Positions 49,753 to 59,828 of a stretch of 64,000 bases of DNA are shown piece after piece; positions within the stretch are counted from its first letter, which is position 1; each line of letters opens with the position of its first letter. The DNA comes from Spirochaetia bacterium (GTDB taxonomy: Bacteria; Spirochaetota; Spirochaetia; CAKZLE01), in assembly GCA_963677595.1 (NCBI GenBank), contig OY782041.1, forward strand, positions 3,680,001 to 3,744,000, read 5' to 3'. The position numbers and the translations under genes were made by a program. The notes beneath the pieces were generated by a model. The model made no database searches. It was not told the origin of the DNA and saw only the letters and a list, made by a program, of their open reading frames with translations.

Positions 49753-50601
49753 TTACACCTTCAAGAAATAAGTAAGGAAGAGAATATAGACCGGGGCGCT
49801 GAATATGATGGAGTCGATCGTGTCGAGGACTCCCCCGCGTCCCGGGATGATGGTCCCTGAATCCTTCGCATGGGAAGAACGTTTGATAGCTGATTCGACG
49901 AGGTCCCCGAGATCCGCGAAGATCGAGATCGCCGCTGCTGCGAGCAGGATGAGCCATACAGGGCCTGCGCTGTGCATCGGGGTGATGACCGTATAGAAGA
50001 GGAAGCCCATAAGCACGGCAGATGCGAATCCCCCGATGAAGCCGACCAGGCTCTTGTTGGGGCTGACTGCCGTGATGCCGCGGGAACGCTTTCCCCAGAG
50101 CATGCCGAAGACATAGGCGAACACATCATTGGAGAAGATCATGAGGAACCAGAAGATGATATAGATATGGGCGTCGCCAATCGAGGTCATGTAGATGACG
50201 AAGATCACGAACATCGAGGGATAGATAAGGTGGAAGATGGAGACAGCCATGCGCGAGATGCTGTTCTGGAACGCATCGTCCTTGCCGGTGAAGACCTCCT
50301 TCAGGAGCAGGAACAGCATGACTGCAGCATAGAGGATGAAGATCACCTGGACATCGGGCAGCAGGTAGAGTTCAACGTACATGGAGAAGGGGAGGAGCCC
50401 GACGACCAGCGGATGGAGCAGGGACTTTCCTGCTGATGAGCTGCTGATGAGCTGGTTAATCTCATAGGACCCGAGGACGCTGAAGCCGAGGCAGATCAGG
50501 GTGAAGAACAGGTACTGGGCCTGGGGGAAGAAGAAGATACTCGAAAAGAAGATCGGTATACCGAGGACGGTCAGCAGGATTCTTTTTGTGAGTGTCTTCA
50601 T
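49753..50601 (-). CDS. cdsA: Phosphatidate cytidylyltransferase
   Basis: SPNKS, GDLVESAIKR, KDSGTIIPGRGGVLD. Confidence 0.95.
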   Translation of the reverse strand: MKTLTKRILLTVLGIPIFFSSIFFFPQAQYLFFTLICLGFSVLGSYEINQLISSSSAGKSLLHPLVVGLLPFSMYVELYLLPDVQVIFILYAAVMLFLLLKEVFTGKDDAFQNSISRMAVSIFHLIYPSMFVIFVIYMTSIGDAHIYIIFWFLMIFSNDVFAYVFGMLWGKRSRGITAVSPNKSLVGFIGGFASAVLMGFLFYTVITPMHSAGPVWLILLAAAAISIFADLGDLVESAIKRSSHAKDSGTIIPGRGGVLDTIDSIIFSAPVYILFLTYFLKV

Positions 50602-51287
50602 GATACGATGCCTCCAAATCTTCTCGTTCGTTCAGCATAGTCACCCAAGGCCGTATCGAGTTCAGCAGCGGTCCAATCCGGCCACAGGACAGGTGAGAAA
50701 TAGAGTTCAGCATAGGCAGCTTCCCAGATGAGGAAGTTGCTCAGGCGCCTCTCCCCGGCGGTACGTATGACCAGGTCCGGGTCGGGGATCTCGGGATGGT
50801 CAAGGGCCGATGCGATATCATCGGCAGTGATCCTCCCGTCCTTCAACGGCAGGGAGTTGACGGCTCTGACGAGCTCATCCCTGCCGCCGTAGTTGATCGC
50901 AAGATTGACCGTGGTGCCGCCGTGGCCGGAGGTATAGTCTTCAGTCTCCTTCAGGGCAGCTGCGACCTCTTCCGGGAGCTCTGTGGTATCACCGGAGAAG
51001 GTCACCCTGATATCATGCTCATCATAGAACTGGTACTCTTTCTTCAGGTACGAGGTGATGAGCCCCATCAGGTAGGAGACCTCCTGCAGGGGACGCTTCC
51101 AGTTCTCGGTGGAAAAGACATAGAGGGTCACGAAGGGAATACCAAGACCAGAGACATGGGAGATGATCCGCTTCGCTGTCTTGAGTCCCTCGAGGTGCCC
51201 GAAAGATCGTGGTCTGTTCCGTTGCTTGGCCCATCGTCCATTACCATCCATGATAATGGCTATATGGTTCGGCAGTCTTCCATCCAT
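50598..51287 (-). CDS. uppS: Undecaprenyl diphosphate synthase
   Basis: HIAIIMDGNGRWA, FSTENWKRP, YGGRDE, RLSNFLIW, RRFGG. Confidence 0.97.
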   Translation of the reverse strand: MDGRLPNHIAIIMDGNGRWAKQRNRPRSFGHLEGLKTAKRIISHVSGLGIPFVTLYVFSTENWKRPLQEVSYLMGLITSYLKKEYQFYDEHDIRVTFSGDTTELPEEVAAALKETEDYTSGHGGTTVNLAINYGGRDELVRAVNSLPLKDGRITADDIASALDHPEIPDPDLVIRTAGERRLSNFLIWEAAYAELYFSPVLWPDWTAAELDTALGDYAERTRRFGGIVS

Positions 51288-51312
51288 TGTTCAACCTTAG
51301 TATGGAGACTGA

Positions 51313-51867
51313 TCAGACTTCCATAATCTCCTGTTCTTTTGTGTCAAGGATCTCGTTGATGTTCTTGACATACGCATCGGTGAGTTTCTGGACCTGTACA
51401 TCCCCGGTCTTCTGCTCATCCTCGCTGATCATCTTCTCTTTCTCGAGCAGCTTGATCTCATCTATGGCATCACGCCTGATATTCCTGACAGCCACCCGGT
51501 ACTGCTCTGCAGTGTTCTTGGCGACCTTGACGAGATCCTTCCTTCTCTCCTCGGTCAGCGGCGGGATGCTGATCCTGATGACCTTCCCGTCGTTGCTGGG
51601 GTTGAGGGAGAGTTCTGAGGACATGATCGCCTTCTCGATCTCGCTGATGAGGCTCTTGTCCCAGGGCTGGATCACGACCAGCCGGGCCTCGGGGACCGAT
51701 ACGTTCGCCACCTGCGACAATGGGGAAGGCTGTCCGTAGTAGTCGACACGGATCTTATCGAACAAGGCGGCTGAAGCCCTGCCGGTCCTCAGCGCATTGA
51801 ACTCACTCTCAAGGCTGGTGATGGTCTTCTTCATACGGTCTTCGGCATGTTTCAGCACGTCTTTCAT
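51313..51867 (-). CDS. frr: Ribosome recycling factor
   Basis: LRTGRAS, VDYYG, PPLTEERR, VRNIRRD; GAGGAG RBS before ATG 51867. Confidence 0.97.
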   Translation of the reverse strand: MKDVLKHAEDRMKKTITSLESEFNALRTGRASAALFDKIRVDYYGQPSPLSQVANVSVPEARLVVIQPWDKSLISEIEKAIMSSELSLNPSNDGKVIRISIPPLTEERRKDLVKVAKNTAEQYRVAVRNIRRDAIDEIKLLEKEKMISEDEQKTGDVQVQKLTDAYVKNINEILDTKEQEIMEV

Positions 51868-51899
51868 ATGTTTCTCCTCAGGTAAAAATAGAATGCACC

Positions 51900-51944
51900 A
51901 AAAAAACAAGGCCATTCCATGAATCATATCATGGAAACGGCCTT
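51900..51944 (-). terminator. Terminator-like hairpin between tsf and frr
   Basis: AAGGCCGTTTCCATGA...TCATGGAATGGCCTT followed by GTTTTTTT on minus strand. Confidence 0.65.
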
Positions 51945-51963
51945 CATTTGAATAGTCTAGAGA

Positions 51964-52797
51964 TTATTCCCCAACTTTATTGTAGGAGTAGCTCACGATG
52001 GTACAGGTAGTACCGATCTCCTTGGAAAGGTTCTTCAATGCCTGCTCAACACTGATCTTGTCGTCCTTGACGAACTTCTGCTGCATGAAGCAGATCTCAG
52101 TGTAGTGCTTGTTGATCTTGCCCTTCACGATGTTCTCTACGACATTCGCGGGCTTACCGAGATTCTCGGTCTGCTTCACGAAGATCTCGGTCTGCTCCTT
52201 GAGGTAGTCAGCATCGACGTCTGCCTTGTCCGGGTACATGGGGTTGAACGCAGCGATGTGGAGTGCACAGTCGAATGCGAACGCCTTCGCTGCATCACCG
52301 AGCTTGGATGCATCCTCAGCTTCGAGGATGACGACGACACCGATCGCTCCTTCACCATGGACATATTCCACGGCAACCTGATTGTCCGCAAGGTCAGTCA
52401 CGGTGAACTTCTTGAGGCTCATATTCTCCTTGATGGTGGAGATGAGGTCCTTGACCATGTTCTCGAGTTCCTCGTTGATCTCAGTGTAGCCCTTATCGAG
52501 GATCACGTCGATCAGCTTATCGCCGAGTGCGACGAAGTCCTTGTTTCGTGCGACGAAGTCTGTCTCGCAGACCAGTTCGAGCACGACAGCCTTGGTATCA
52601 GTTATACGTGTGAAGATCCTACCGTTGTCGGTAGCCCTGTTGCTTCGCTTCGCAGCAGCGGCAAGACCGAGCTCCTTGAGGAACTTCTCTGCCTGCTTGA
52701 AATCCCCATCTGCCTCGATGAGCGCCTTCTTGCAGTCCATCATGCCTGCCCCGGTGATATCCCGGAGTTTCTTGACATCAGCAGCTTTTATACTCAT
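51964..52797 (-). CDS. tsf: Elongation factor Ts
   Basis: VKKLRDITGAGMMDCKKAL, ELVCETDFVARN. Confidence 0.98.
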   Translation of the reverse strand: MSIKAADVKKLRDITGAGMMDCKKALIEADGDFKQAEKFLKELGLAAAAKRSNRATDNGRIFTRITDTKAVVLELVCETDFVARNKDFVALGDKLIDVILDKGYTEINEELENMVKDLISTIKENMSLKKFTVTDLADNQVAVEYVHGEGAIGVVVILEAEDASKLGDAAKAFAFDCALHIAAFNPMYPDKADVDADYLKEQTEIFVKQTENLGKPANVVENIVKGKINKHYTEICFMQQKFVKDDKISVEQALKNLSKEIGTTCTIVSYSYNKVGE

Positions 52798-52824
52798 TGT
52801 TTGCTCCTTAACCTATCGGTATGA

Positions 52825-53661
52825 TTATTCTTCGGTCTTCTCAGCTTTTGAACCTTCAGCAGGTTCATCATCCTCGAAGTCCTCTTCGACCTCGCCGTTA
52901 TCCACGGTCGGCCTGTCATCTTCCTGGGCATCATCGCCCTCGACAGCCTTACCGTCAGTCTGGATCATATCGAGGCCGAATGCGTTATTCCCTTCGATGA
53001 CACAGTTCGCGACGATCTCTGCGAAGAGCGAGATAGCCCTGATCGCATCGTCGTTACCGGGGATGGGGAAGTCGATATCTGTAGGGTCGCAGTTGGTGTC
53101 GACGACGGCGATCACGGGGATGCCGAGTCTCTTCGCCTCTGCGACAGCGATCTGCTCTTTCCTGGTGTCGATGATGAAGATGGCACCGGGAAGGTCCTTC
53201 ATATCCTTGATACCTGAGAGGTTCCTCTCGAGCTTTGCCTTCTCACGGTTCAGCTTCGCGACCTCACGCTTGGTAAGGCTCTCGAACGTACCGTCTATCT
53301 CCATCTTCTCGATCTTCTTGAGTCTGTGGATAGATTTCTTGATGGTCGAGAAGTTGGTAAGCATACCACCGAGCCATCGGTGGTTCACGTACGGCATGCT
53401 GCACCGTTTTGCCTCGTTCTCGATTGACTGCTGGGCCTGTTTCTTCGTTCCGATGAACAGGACCTGCTTCCCGTCTTTGATGATGTCTACGATAGCATCA
53501 TATGCTTCGTTGATACACGCTGCAGTCTTCTGCAGGTCGATGATATGGATCCCGTTCCTCTCTGAGAAGATGAACTTCTTCATCTTGGGGTTCCATCGTT
53601 TGGTCTGGTGACCGAAATGTACGCCTGACTCTAACAGGCTCTTCATGGATACAATCGCCAT
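52825..53661 (-). CDS. rpsB: 30S ribosomal protein S2
   Basis: [42 protein letters not shown]. Confidence 0.98.
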   Translation of the reverse strand: MAIVSMKSLLESGVHFGHQTKRWNPKMKKFIFSERNGIHIIDLQKTAACINEAYDAIVDIIKDGKQVLFIGTKKQAQQSIENEAKRCSMPYVNHRWLGGMLTNFSTIKKSIHRLKKIEKMEIDGTFESLTKREVAKLNREKAKLERNLSGIKDMKDLPGAIFIIDTRKEQIAVAEAKRLGIPVIAVVDTNCDPTDIDFPIPGNDDAIRAISLFAEIVANCVIEGNNAFGLDMIQTDGKAVEGDDAQEDDRPTVDNGEVEEDFEDDEPAEGSKAEKTEE

Positions 53662-53734
53662 GATTCCCTCCTACACACGATACGCCTTCTCTTGGGCGTA
53701 TCTACCTTCACTTTTTCTCACCAATGGTGGATAT

Positions 53735-54325
53735 TCAGATCGACTTGACAAGTCTGGAACTCTGTCCCCGTACTATGCCAAAAATCTTGATCAAAGGCAA
53801 CCCCACAACGGAATAAAAATCACCAGATAATGAACTTACCAGCGAGATCCCCCGGTGCTGTATCCGGTAGGCCCCCGCGGCACCGACCCATTCACCACTA
53901 TCGAGGTACTCCTCGATCTCCTCCTCACTCAGGTCATGGAACGTGATGTCGGCTCGGTCAGCCGCACTGAAGCGGAGATCGCGATCCGGGAAGTAGAGCA
54001 CAGCCCCGGAATGGACGCTGTGGGCCCGGCCTGAGAACTCACGCAGGATCGCTGCGGCCTCTTGCCGGCTCTCCTGCTTCCCGATGAACCTGCCCTGGAA
54101 ACCGATCAATGTGTCTACCGTGATCACCGGTGCGGCTGGGCAGGGGTGGAGCCGGAGGTAGGCATCCATCTTCTGCTGCGCGATCGATAATGCGGCGGTC
54201 TCCGGATCATCAGAGGTGAAGAGTTCCTCGGTATGCGTCGGCTCGACGAGCACATCGAACCCGGCCTCGGAAAGCAGAGCCTTGCGTGCCGGGGAGGCTG
54301 AGGAGAGGATGATCGTGCGGATCAT
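53735..54325 (-). CDS. maf: Maf family nucleoside triphosphate pyrophosphatase
   Basis: IILSSASPAR, ITVDT, FSGRAH, AGAYRIQ, VVGLP. Confidence 0.9.
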   Translation of the reverse strand: MIRTIILSSASPARKALLSEAGFDVLVEPTHTEELFTSDDPETAALSIAQQKMDAYLRLHPCPAAPVITVDTLIGFQGRFIGKQESRQEAAAILREFSGRAHSVHSGAVLYFPDRDLRFSAADRADITFHDLSEEEIEEYLDSGEWVGAAGAYRIQHRGISLVSSLSGDFYSVVGLPLIKIFGIVRGQSSRLVKSI

Positions 54326-56271
54326 GAGAGGGCTCCCGAGAGCTCCTCGATCTCGTTGGTCACCTCATCCCACTTCTCAGAGAGCTCGCCGATGAGTCCC
54401 TCGATCTCCCTGATGGCAGCCGTCGTCTGTGTCGCACGTTCCCCGTCTGAATAGACTTCCGGGAGTGAGAGCTGGTGGTGGAGCCCCGAGAGGGCGACCT
54501 CCTGCTCGTCGATGCGCTCGATGAGGCTCCCCTCCTCATCCTGCAGCCGTGCGAGACGGTTCTTCATCCGGTTTCGTTCCTGGCGTGAGAGCTCGACAGA
54601 CGGGGTCTCCTTCTCCTCGGCTGACCGCTGTCCCGGCTGCTCTGCCTCCTCGATGCGCTGCTTCTCGTTGAGCTTCCAGCTGAAGTACTCGTAGTCCCCC
54701 TCGAAGAGTTCGGCACCCTCCTCGGAGAGGTAGAGGATCTTGGTGGCAAGGTGCTTGATGAAGTCTATATCGTGGGAGACGAAGATGAGGGTCCCCTCAT
54801 ACTGCTCGAGGGCGCGCAGGAGCATATCCTTCGATGCGAGGTCGAGGTGGTTCGTCGGCTCGTCGAGCATCAGCACGTTGACCGGCTGCAGGAGGACCTT
54901 CAGCAGGGATACCCGGCTCTTCTCGCCGCCGCTCAGCACAGAGATCGGCTTGGTGATGTCGTCCCCTCCAAAGAGGAAGGCCCCGAGCAGGCTGCGCAGC
55001 TGCGGGATCCTCGCCGATGGGGAGGCGGCCTCCACCTCCTGGAAGACGGTCTTCCCGGGATCGAGTTCTCCTTCGGTATCCTGGGCGTAGTAGCCGACCT
55101 GGACACCGGAACCGGTCTGGAAGCTGCCCTGGTAGTCGTGATCCCGGGCTGAGAGTATATTGAGCAGGGTCGTCTTCCCCATCCCGTTCTTACCTGATAC
55201 CGCGATCCTGTCCCCCCTGCTGATGTGCAGGCCGAGGTTCGTGATCACCTGGTGATCCCCGTAGGACTTGCTCAGCCCCTCGAGGTGGTAGATGATGTTG
55301 CCGCTGTGCGGCGGGGAGGGGAAATTGAACCGAAGGCTCTTAGTGGAGAAGGGGAGCTCGATCCGCTCGATCTTCTCGAGCTGCTTCACCCGGCTCTGCA
55401 CCTGTCGTGCCTTCGAGGCCTTGTAGCGGAACCGCTCGATGAACGACTCGATATGGCTGATCTCGAGCTGCTGCTGTTCGTAGGCCTTCTGGAGCTGCTC
55501 GAGCTCCTGCTCCTTCTTCGCCTCGTATGCCGTATAGGAACCATGGTAGCGGCTCAGGCTCCCCGAGGCGATCTCAAGGACCTCCCCGATGGTCTCATCG
55601 AGGAAATAGCGGTCGTGGGATACGAGGAGGAAACCCCCATGGTACTGTTTGAGGTAGTGGTTGAGCCAGATCCGCGCTTCTACATCGAGATAGTTGGTCG
55701 GCTCGTCAAGAAGCAGGATATCGGGCTGCTCGAGCAGGATCTTGCCGAGCGCGATCCTCATCTGCCAGCCGCCTGAGAACTCAAGGCATTGGCGGTGGAT
55801 ATCTTCAGCACTGAAGCCGAGGCCTGAAGCCACCTGGAGGATCTTCGCCTCCCGCTGGTAGTAGCTGCTGTAGAGAAGGTGTTCCTCGATGGAGTTGAGC
55901 TCCTCGAGCAGGCTCGCTGTCTCCGGGGAGTCTTGCGTGACCTCGGAGAGCTGGTGTTCGATCTCCTGCTTACGCCCGAGGTAGGCGAGGTAGGAGTCGA
56001 ATGCCGACTCGAGTTCCTCGTAGAGACTCCGCTCCCTGAGGACGATCCCGCTCTGGGGCAGGTAGGAGACCGTCATGCCACGGGTCATGGAGATCGATCC
56101 GGTATCGGGTTCGATCGAACCCGTGATGATCTTGAGCAGCGTCGACTTGCCGGAACCGTTGATCCCGGCAAGGGCCGCGCTGGTATTGGTATCGAGAGTT
56201 ATTGAAATATCCTTGAGGATATCCCGGTCACCGAAGGCCAGGGATATCTGCTGCAGTTGTAATGTTCCCAT
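54322..56271 (-). CDS. ABC-F family ATPase with C-terminal coiled coil (YheS/Uup-like)
   Basis: GINGSGKST, FSGGWQMR, DEPTNYLD, FRYKASKARQVQSR, GKNGMGKTT, LSGGEKSR. Confidence 0.92.
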   Translation of the reverse strand: MGTLQLQQISLAFGDRDILKDISITLDTNTSAALAGINGSGKSTLLKIITGSIEPDTGSISMTRGMTVSYLPQSGIVLRERSLYEELESAFDSYLAYLGRKQEIEHQLSEVTQDSPETASLLEELNSIEEHLLYSSYYQREAKILQVASGLGFSAEDIHRQCLEFSGGWQMRIALGKILLEQPDILLLDEPTNYLDVEARIWLNHYLKQYHGGFLLVSHDRYFLDETIGEVLEIASGSLSRYHGSYTAYEAKKEQELEQLQKAYEQQQLEISHIESFIERFRYKASKARQVQSRVKQLEKIERIELPFSTKSLRFNFPSPPHSGNIIYHLEGLSKSYGDHQVITNLGLHISRGDRIAVSGKNGMGKTTLLNILSARDHDYQGSFQTGSGVQVGYYAQDTEGELDPGKTVFQEVEAASPSARIPQLRSLLGAFLFGGDDITKPISVLSGGEKSRVSLLKVLLQPVNVLMLDEPTNHLDLASKDMLLRALEQYEGTLIFVSHDIDFIKHLATKILYLSEEGAELFEGDYEYFSWKLNEKQRIEEAEQPGQRSAEEKETPSVELSRQERNRMKNRLARLQDEEGSLIERIDEQEVALSGLHHQLSLPEVYSDGERATQTTAAIREIEGLIGELSEKWDEVTNEIEELSGALS

Positions 56272-56368
56272 CTGGATCAGGCGCACCTTATTGTAAAAAT
56301 CACTAGTCTATACTATAAACCAAAACGATGGTATCATGACTTAATTGATCTGTTCAAGGAGAATACCC

Positions 56369-57805
56369 ATGCTGTGTCTATCACTGACCGGAAACGACTG
56401 CCGGACATGCCTTACCCAATTCCAGAACCACCGTGAATCAGTAGAACTGCTCGAGCTGCGCATCGACTGCCATGAGGAGATCATGATCGAGGATATCTCG
56501 TGGTTCCTCGAATCAGTCACGCTGCCGGTCATCCTCACCTGCCGGAGGACGAAGGACGGCGGGAAGTACGCAGGGAGCGAGAAAGCCCGGTTGAAGCTCC
56601 TCGAGGAACTCATGGACCTCGACTTCCGCTATGTCGAACTGGAGGAGGATGTGAGACGTCCTGACCTCGAGCAGAAGGCAGCAGACCGTTCGATCAGGGT
56701 CATCAGGTCCTCATACGACCTCGTTGGGATCCCCGATGATCTCTACCTCAGGCTGGTGAAGCTTAGAAGGCGGGGTGATATCGCCAAGGTCGCCGTTACG
56801 GCGAACTCCCTCGATGACCTCATGAAGCTCTTCAGGGTCGAGGAGGAACTCCACGATATCCCGGAGAAGGTGGTGATCGCCCTTGGGGAGTACGGCATCC
56901 CCGCACGGATCCTCTACAGGAGGACCGGCTCCCTCTATACCTGCTGCCTGCCCCATGGGGCGGATGAGGCTGCAGGCCACCTCTCGCCTGAGATCCTGCG
57001 TGATCTCTACCATGCCGACCGGGTCAACGGGAATACCCGGATCTTCGGCATCATCGGGAACCCGGTCATGCATACCTCATCACCCAAGATCCATAACCCG
57101 GCCTTCGATCAGCTCGGCATCAATGCGGTCTATGTACCCTTCCTCGTCGATGACATCAGGGCCTTCTTCCAGCTTGCCGACATCCTCGATATCAAGGGGT
57201 TCTCGGTCACCGTGCCCTTCAAGCAGCAGGTGCTTCCCTACCTGGGGAAGATCTCACGGGAGGTGAAGCTGATCGGCAGCTGCAACACGGTCTATAAGAA
57301 GAACGACCTGTGGCAGGGTGTGAATACCGACTTCTACGGCTTTCTCAGTCCCCTGCAGGAAGAGCTCGAGGCACAGCGCATCCGGAAGGCACTGGTCATC
57401 GGTGCCGGCGGAGCCGCACGTTCGGTCGTCTGGGCGCTGAGAAACTACTACTGCAAGGTGTGCATCGTCAACAGGACTCCCGAGAAGGCCGAGAAGCTCG
57501 CAGGAGAGACCGGGTCCAGCTGGAAGCCGGTCTCACAGCTCGACACGATCACCGATGTGGACCTGGTGGTGCAGACGACTAGCGGGGGTATGACCCCCTA
57601 TGAGGAGGTCGATCCTTCTCTCGGGTATGCCTTCACCGGCAGGGAGATCGCCTATGACCTGGTCTATAAGCCGAAGCACACGAGATTCCTCAAGCGTGCA
57701 GGGGCAGCAGGCTGCCGCCAGGTCTTCGGGATGGAGATGCTGCTGGCCCAGGGAGTGCTTCAGTTCGAGTCGTTCACCGGTTTCACGTATCCACAGAAGG
57801 ACTGA
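56369..57805 (+). CDS. aroE: Type I 3-dehydroquinate dehydratase / shikimate dehydrogenase fusion (AroD-AroE)
   Basis: ELRID, ILTCRRTKDGG, DIAKVA; GNPVMHTSSP, SVTVPFK, NTD, GAGGAAR; AAGGAG RBS. Confidence 0.9.
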   Translation: MLCLSLTGNDCRTCLTQFQNHRESVELLELRIDCHEEIMIEDISWFLESVTLPVILTCRRTKDGGKYAGSEKARLKLLEELMDLDFRYVELEEDVRRPDLEQKAADRSIRVIRSSYDLVGIPDDLYLRLVKLRRRGDIAKVAVTANSLDDLMKLFRVEEELHDIPEKVVIALGEYGIPARILYRRTGSLYTCCLPHGADEAAGHLSPEILRDLYHADRVNGNTRIFGIIGNPVMHTSSPKIHNPAFDQLGINAVYVPFLVDDIRAFFQLADILDIKGFSVTVPFKQQVLPYLGKISREVKLIGSCNTVYKKNDLWQGVNTDFYGFLSPLQEELEAQRIRKALVIGAGGAARSVVWALRNYYCKVCIVNRTPEKAEKLAGETGSSWKPVSQLDTITDVDLVVQTTSGGMTPYEEVDPSLGYAFTGREIAYDLVYKPKHTRFLKRAGAAGCRQVFGMEMLLAQGVLQFESFTGFTYPQKD

Positions 57806-59825
57806 TGGGTGAGTAGAGCGAACTCTTGAGTTTCCTCAGCAGGAAGATCTTCCTCAATGATTTCTCGAAGTGATGGTTCTCAGGCACCTCGAGGCCGATG
57901 AGGATGACCTCATTGCCCTGCTTCTTCAGTTCAGTCGGCTGGATGAGGAGGATATCCTCCTTCTCCGTGAAGGACTTCACATGGATCTCAAGGAGGTCCT
58001 TGCCTGAGTCCATCGCCTGCCTGCAGAGGTTGACCTTGCCCTGGAAATCGAACCCGTGAGCCTCCTGGACCGTCGGGTGCAGATAGGTCGATACGAGCTG
58101 TTCCGGTATGAGGATGAGTCCCTTCTCGATCCTGGCTGTGAGGTCCTCGAACGCCTTACGCGGGATCTTCTTCTGTGCCAGGGCCTCCTGGAGTTCTGCC
58201 TTGAACGCCTCGTCATGCTCGATATGCCTGATATCCTCGGTGATGGCTGCCTCGCTGAAACGGTCCCTGGTGATCGTGTCAGGGAGCCGGTACCCTATGG
58301 CATGGCGGATCGACTCTCCCCCGTTCTCCGGGTCGGCGAACTTCGTCTTCGGCAGGACCTCTACCCCGGACTGATTGAGGATCTCCCTCCAGACCGTCTC
58401 GGTCTCGCTTCGTAACAGGAACACGCCTTCGCAGAACTTCCGGATGATATGGTCCTGGAGGGAAGGGTGCTTCTCGATGATCCTCGACCGCTGGGCATCG
58501 GCCGCGATCACGATGCCTGAATAGATCTGGATCGACTCGTACTCGGCGCTCCAGTGCCTGATGGTCTGGATGATGTTGCCGGGGACCGGGTTCGAGGAGA
58601 CCTCCTCGAGCAGGCTCGTGATCTCATCGGCAGTGAAACCTGCGTCAAAGGCCTGTACGATGCTGTTCTTGGTGATCTCGAAGAGGAAGCTGGTATCGGT
58701 CTTCCTGATCCTCGTACACAGGTAGAGGAACCGTGAGCTGTGGAGCGAGAAGTCGCGACCGCAGGTGATGGTATAGTCGGAATCGATGATGCAGGAGGTG
58801 TTCGGGCTGGAACCCCCGCTGAGCAGTGCCGAGAGGTCCGGGTGGAGCCGGTAGAACCCGTCTGCATAGGTAAGGATCCCGAGCGTCTTGAGGATGAGGA
58901 TCGGCTCATGCATCTCATGCATGGGCAGCCCGTGGTGGGAAGCCTGTATCATCCATAATCGCTGGAGCGACTTCGCACGCAGGGAACCGACCTGCTCGAG
59001 GATGGTAAGCAGCTCATAGAGGAAGCTGTAGACCTGGTGGTCGTCTAGGTCAGAGTAGACCGGAGCATAGCAGCCGACGAGGAACCTGAAGACGAACTCC
59101 GGCCAGCTGCTGCTCTCGAGGTGCTCCTTCACGGCAGCTGCGCTGCAGTTGATGCTGCCGTTGGATGATGAGAGGATCCCCATCGAGGTGAATGAGCGTA
59201 TGAACAGGTGAGTGAGGCTGCCGATGAGTTCTGCTGACATATGGGGGAAGACATCCTCGAGCACCCTGCCGGTCGAACGCTTGAGTGTACCGTCCTGGGT
59301 GATCCTGATGTAGTTCCCGTAGAAGAGCGAGAAGTAGGAGATGAACAGCGGCTGGTCCATGATCGTCACCTGCCCGTCGCTCTCAGCTTGTTCACTACCG
59401 GCATCGGAGATGGACATGATATGGGAGATGTGGACCTGGCTCCCGATGAGGTCATCGAGGAAGAGCGGGTTGATCATGAGGGACCGGTCCCTGCGCTGCA
59501 GGAGGAGCAGCCGCTCCTCGAGGTTGATGATCTGCTGCTGGACGATATAGAACTGGATCTTCCGGTCGAAGAACCGGTAGATATCATCCACGGAAGGCCT
59601 GTCGAGGAAGTAGACGGCATTGAGCAGGGCTCGTTCCTGCCGGTTGATGAGTGATAGGATCCGCTTCCTGACGCGTTCCCCGGTGATGAAACGGGTAAGC
59701 TGGCTGATCAGGTCCGGCTTGTTGAAGGGGGTCCTGATCGGTCCGAGGTAATTGCGCATGATCTCGAGAAACGATTCATCATCGAGAGAGTAGAGTGCTT
59801 CATTCCAAGTCGTCTGATCTGCCAT
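57783..59825 (-). CDS. XPB-associated protein with Helicase_C_3-like domain
   Basis: IIDSDYTI...FEITKNSIVQAFDAGFTADEI...PVPGNIIQTIRHW; directly downstream of XPB. Confidence 0.75.
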   Translation of the reverse strand: MADQTTWNEALYSLDDESFLEIMRNYLGPIRTPFNKPDLISQLTRFITGERVRKRILSLINRQERALLNAVYFLDRPSVDDIYRFFDRKIQFYIVQQQIINLEERLLLLQRRDRSLMINPLFLDDLIGSQVHISHIMSISDAGSEQAESDGQVTIMDQPLFISYFSLFYGNYIRITQDGTLKRSTGRVLEDVFPHMSAELIGSLTHLFIRSFTSMGILSSSNGSINCSAAAVKEHLESSSWPEFVFRFLVGCYAPVYSDLDDHQVYSFLYELLTILEQVGSLRAKSLQRLWMIQASHHGLPMHEMHEPILILKTLGILTYADGFYRLHPDLSALLSGGSSPNTSCIIDSDYTITCGRDFSLHSSRFLYLCTRIRKTDTSFLFEITKNSIVQAFDAGFTADEITSLLEEVSSNPVPGNIIQTIRHWSAEYESIQIYSGIVIAADAQRSRIIEKHPSLQDHIIRKFCEGVFLLRSETETVWREILNQSGVEVLPKTKFADPENGGESIRHAIGYRLPDTITRDRFSEAAITEDIRHIEHDEAFKAELQEALAQKKIPRKAFEDLTARIEKGLILIPEQLVSTYLHPTVQEAHGFDFQGKVNLCRQAMDSGKDLLEIHVKSFTEKEDILLIQPTELKKQGNEVILIGLEVPENHHFEKSLRKIFLLRKLKSSLYSPISPSVDT

Positions 59826-59828
59826 AGT

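Noticed and set aside
51868-51963. Absence of pyrH between tsf and frr
   Set aside because: rpsB-tsf-frr without pyrH is the usual spirochaete arrangement; no remnant visible
52541-53611. 356-aa plus-strand ORF and similar long antisense ORFs (8777-9805, 26587-27696, 36631-37560, 52105-52824, 60231-60947)
   Set aside because: Shadows of well-supported genes on the opposite strand; expected with this codon bias; no motifs
53662-53790. Possible structured rpsB leader RNA (GATACGCC...GGCGTATC hairpin)
   Set aside because: One hairpin only; cannot match it to the known S2-binding leader without a covariance model
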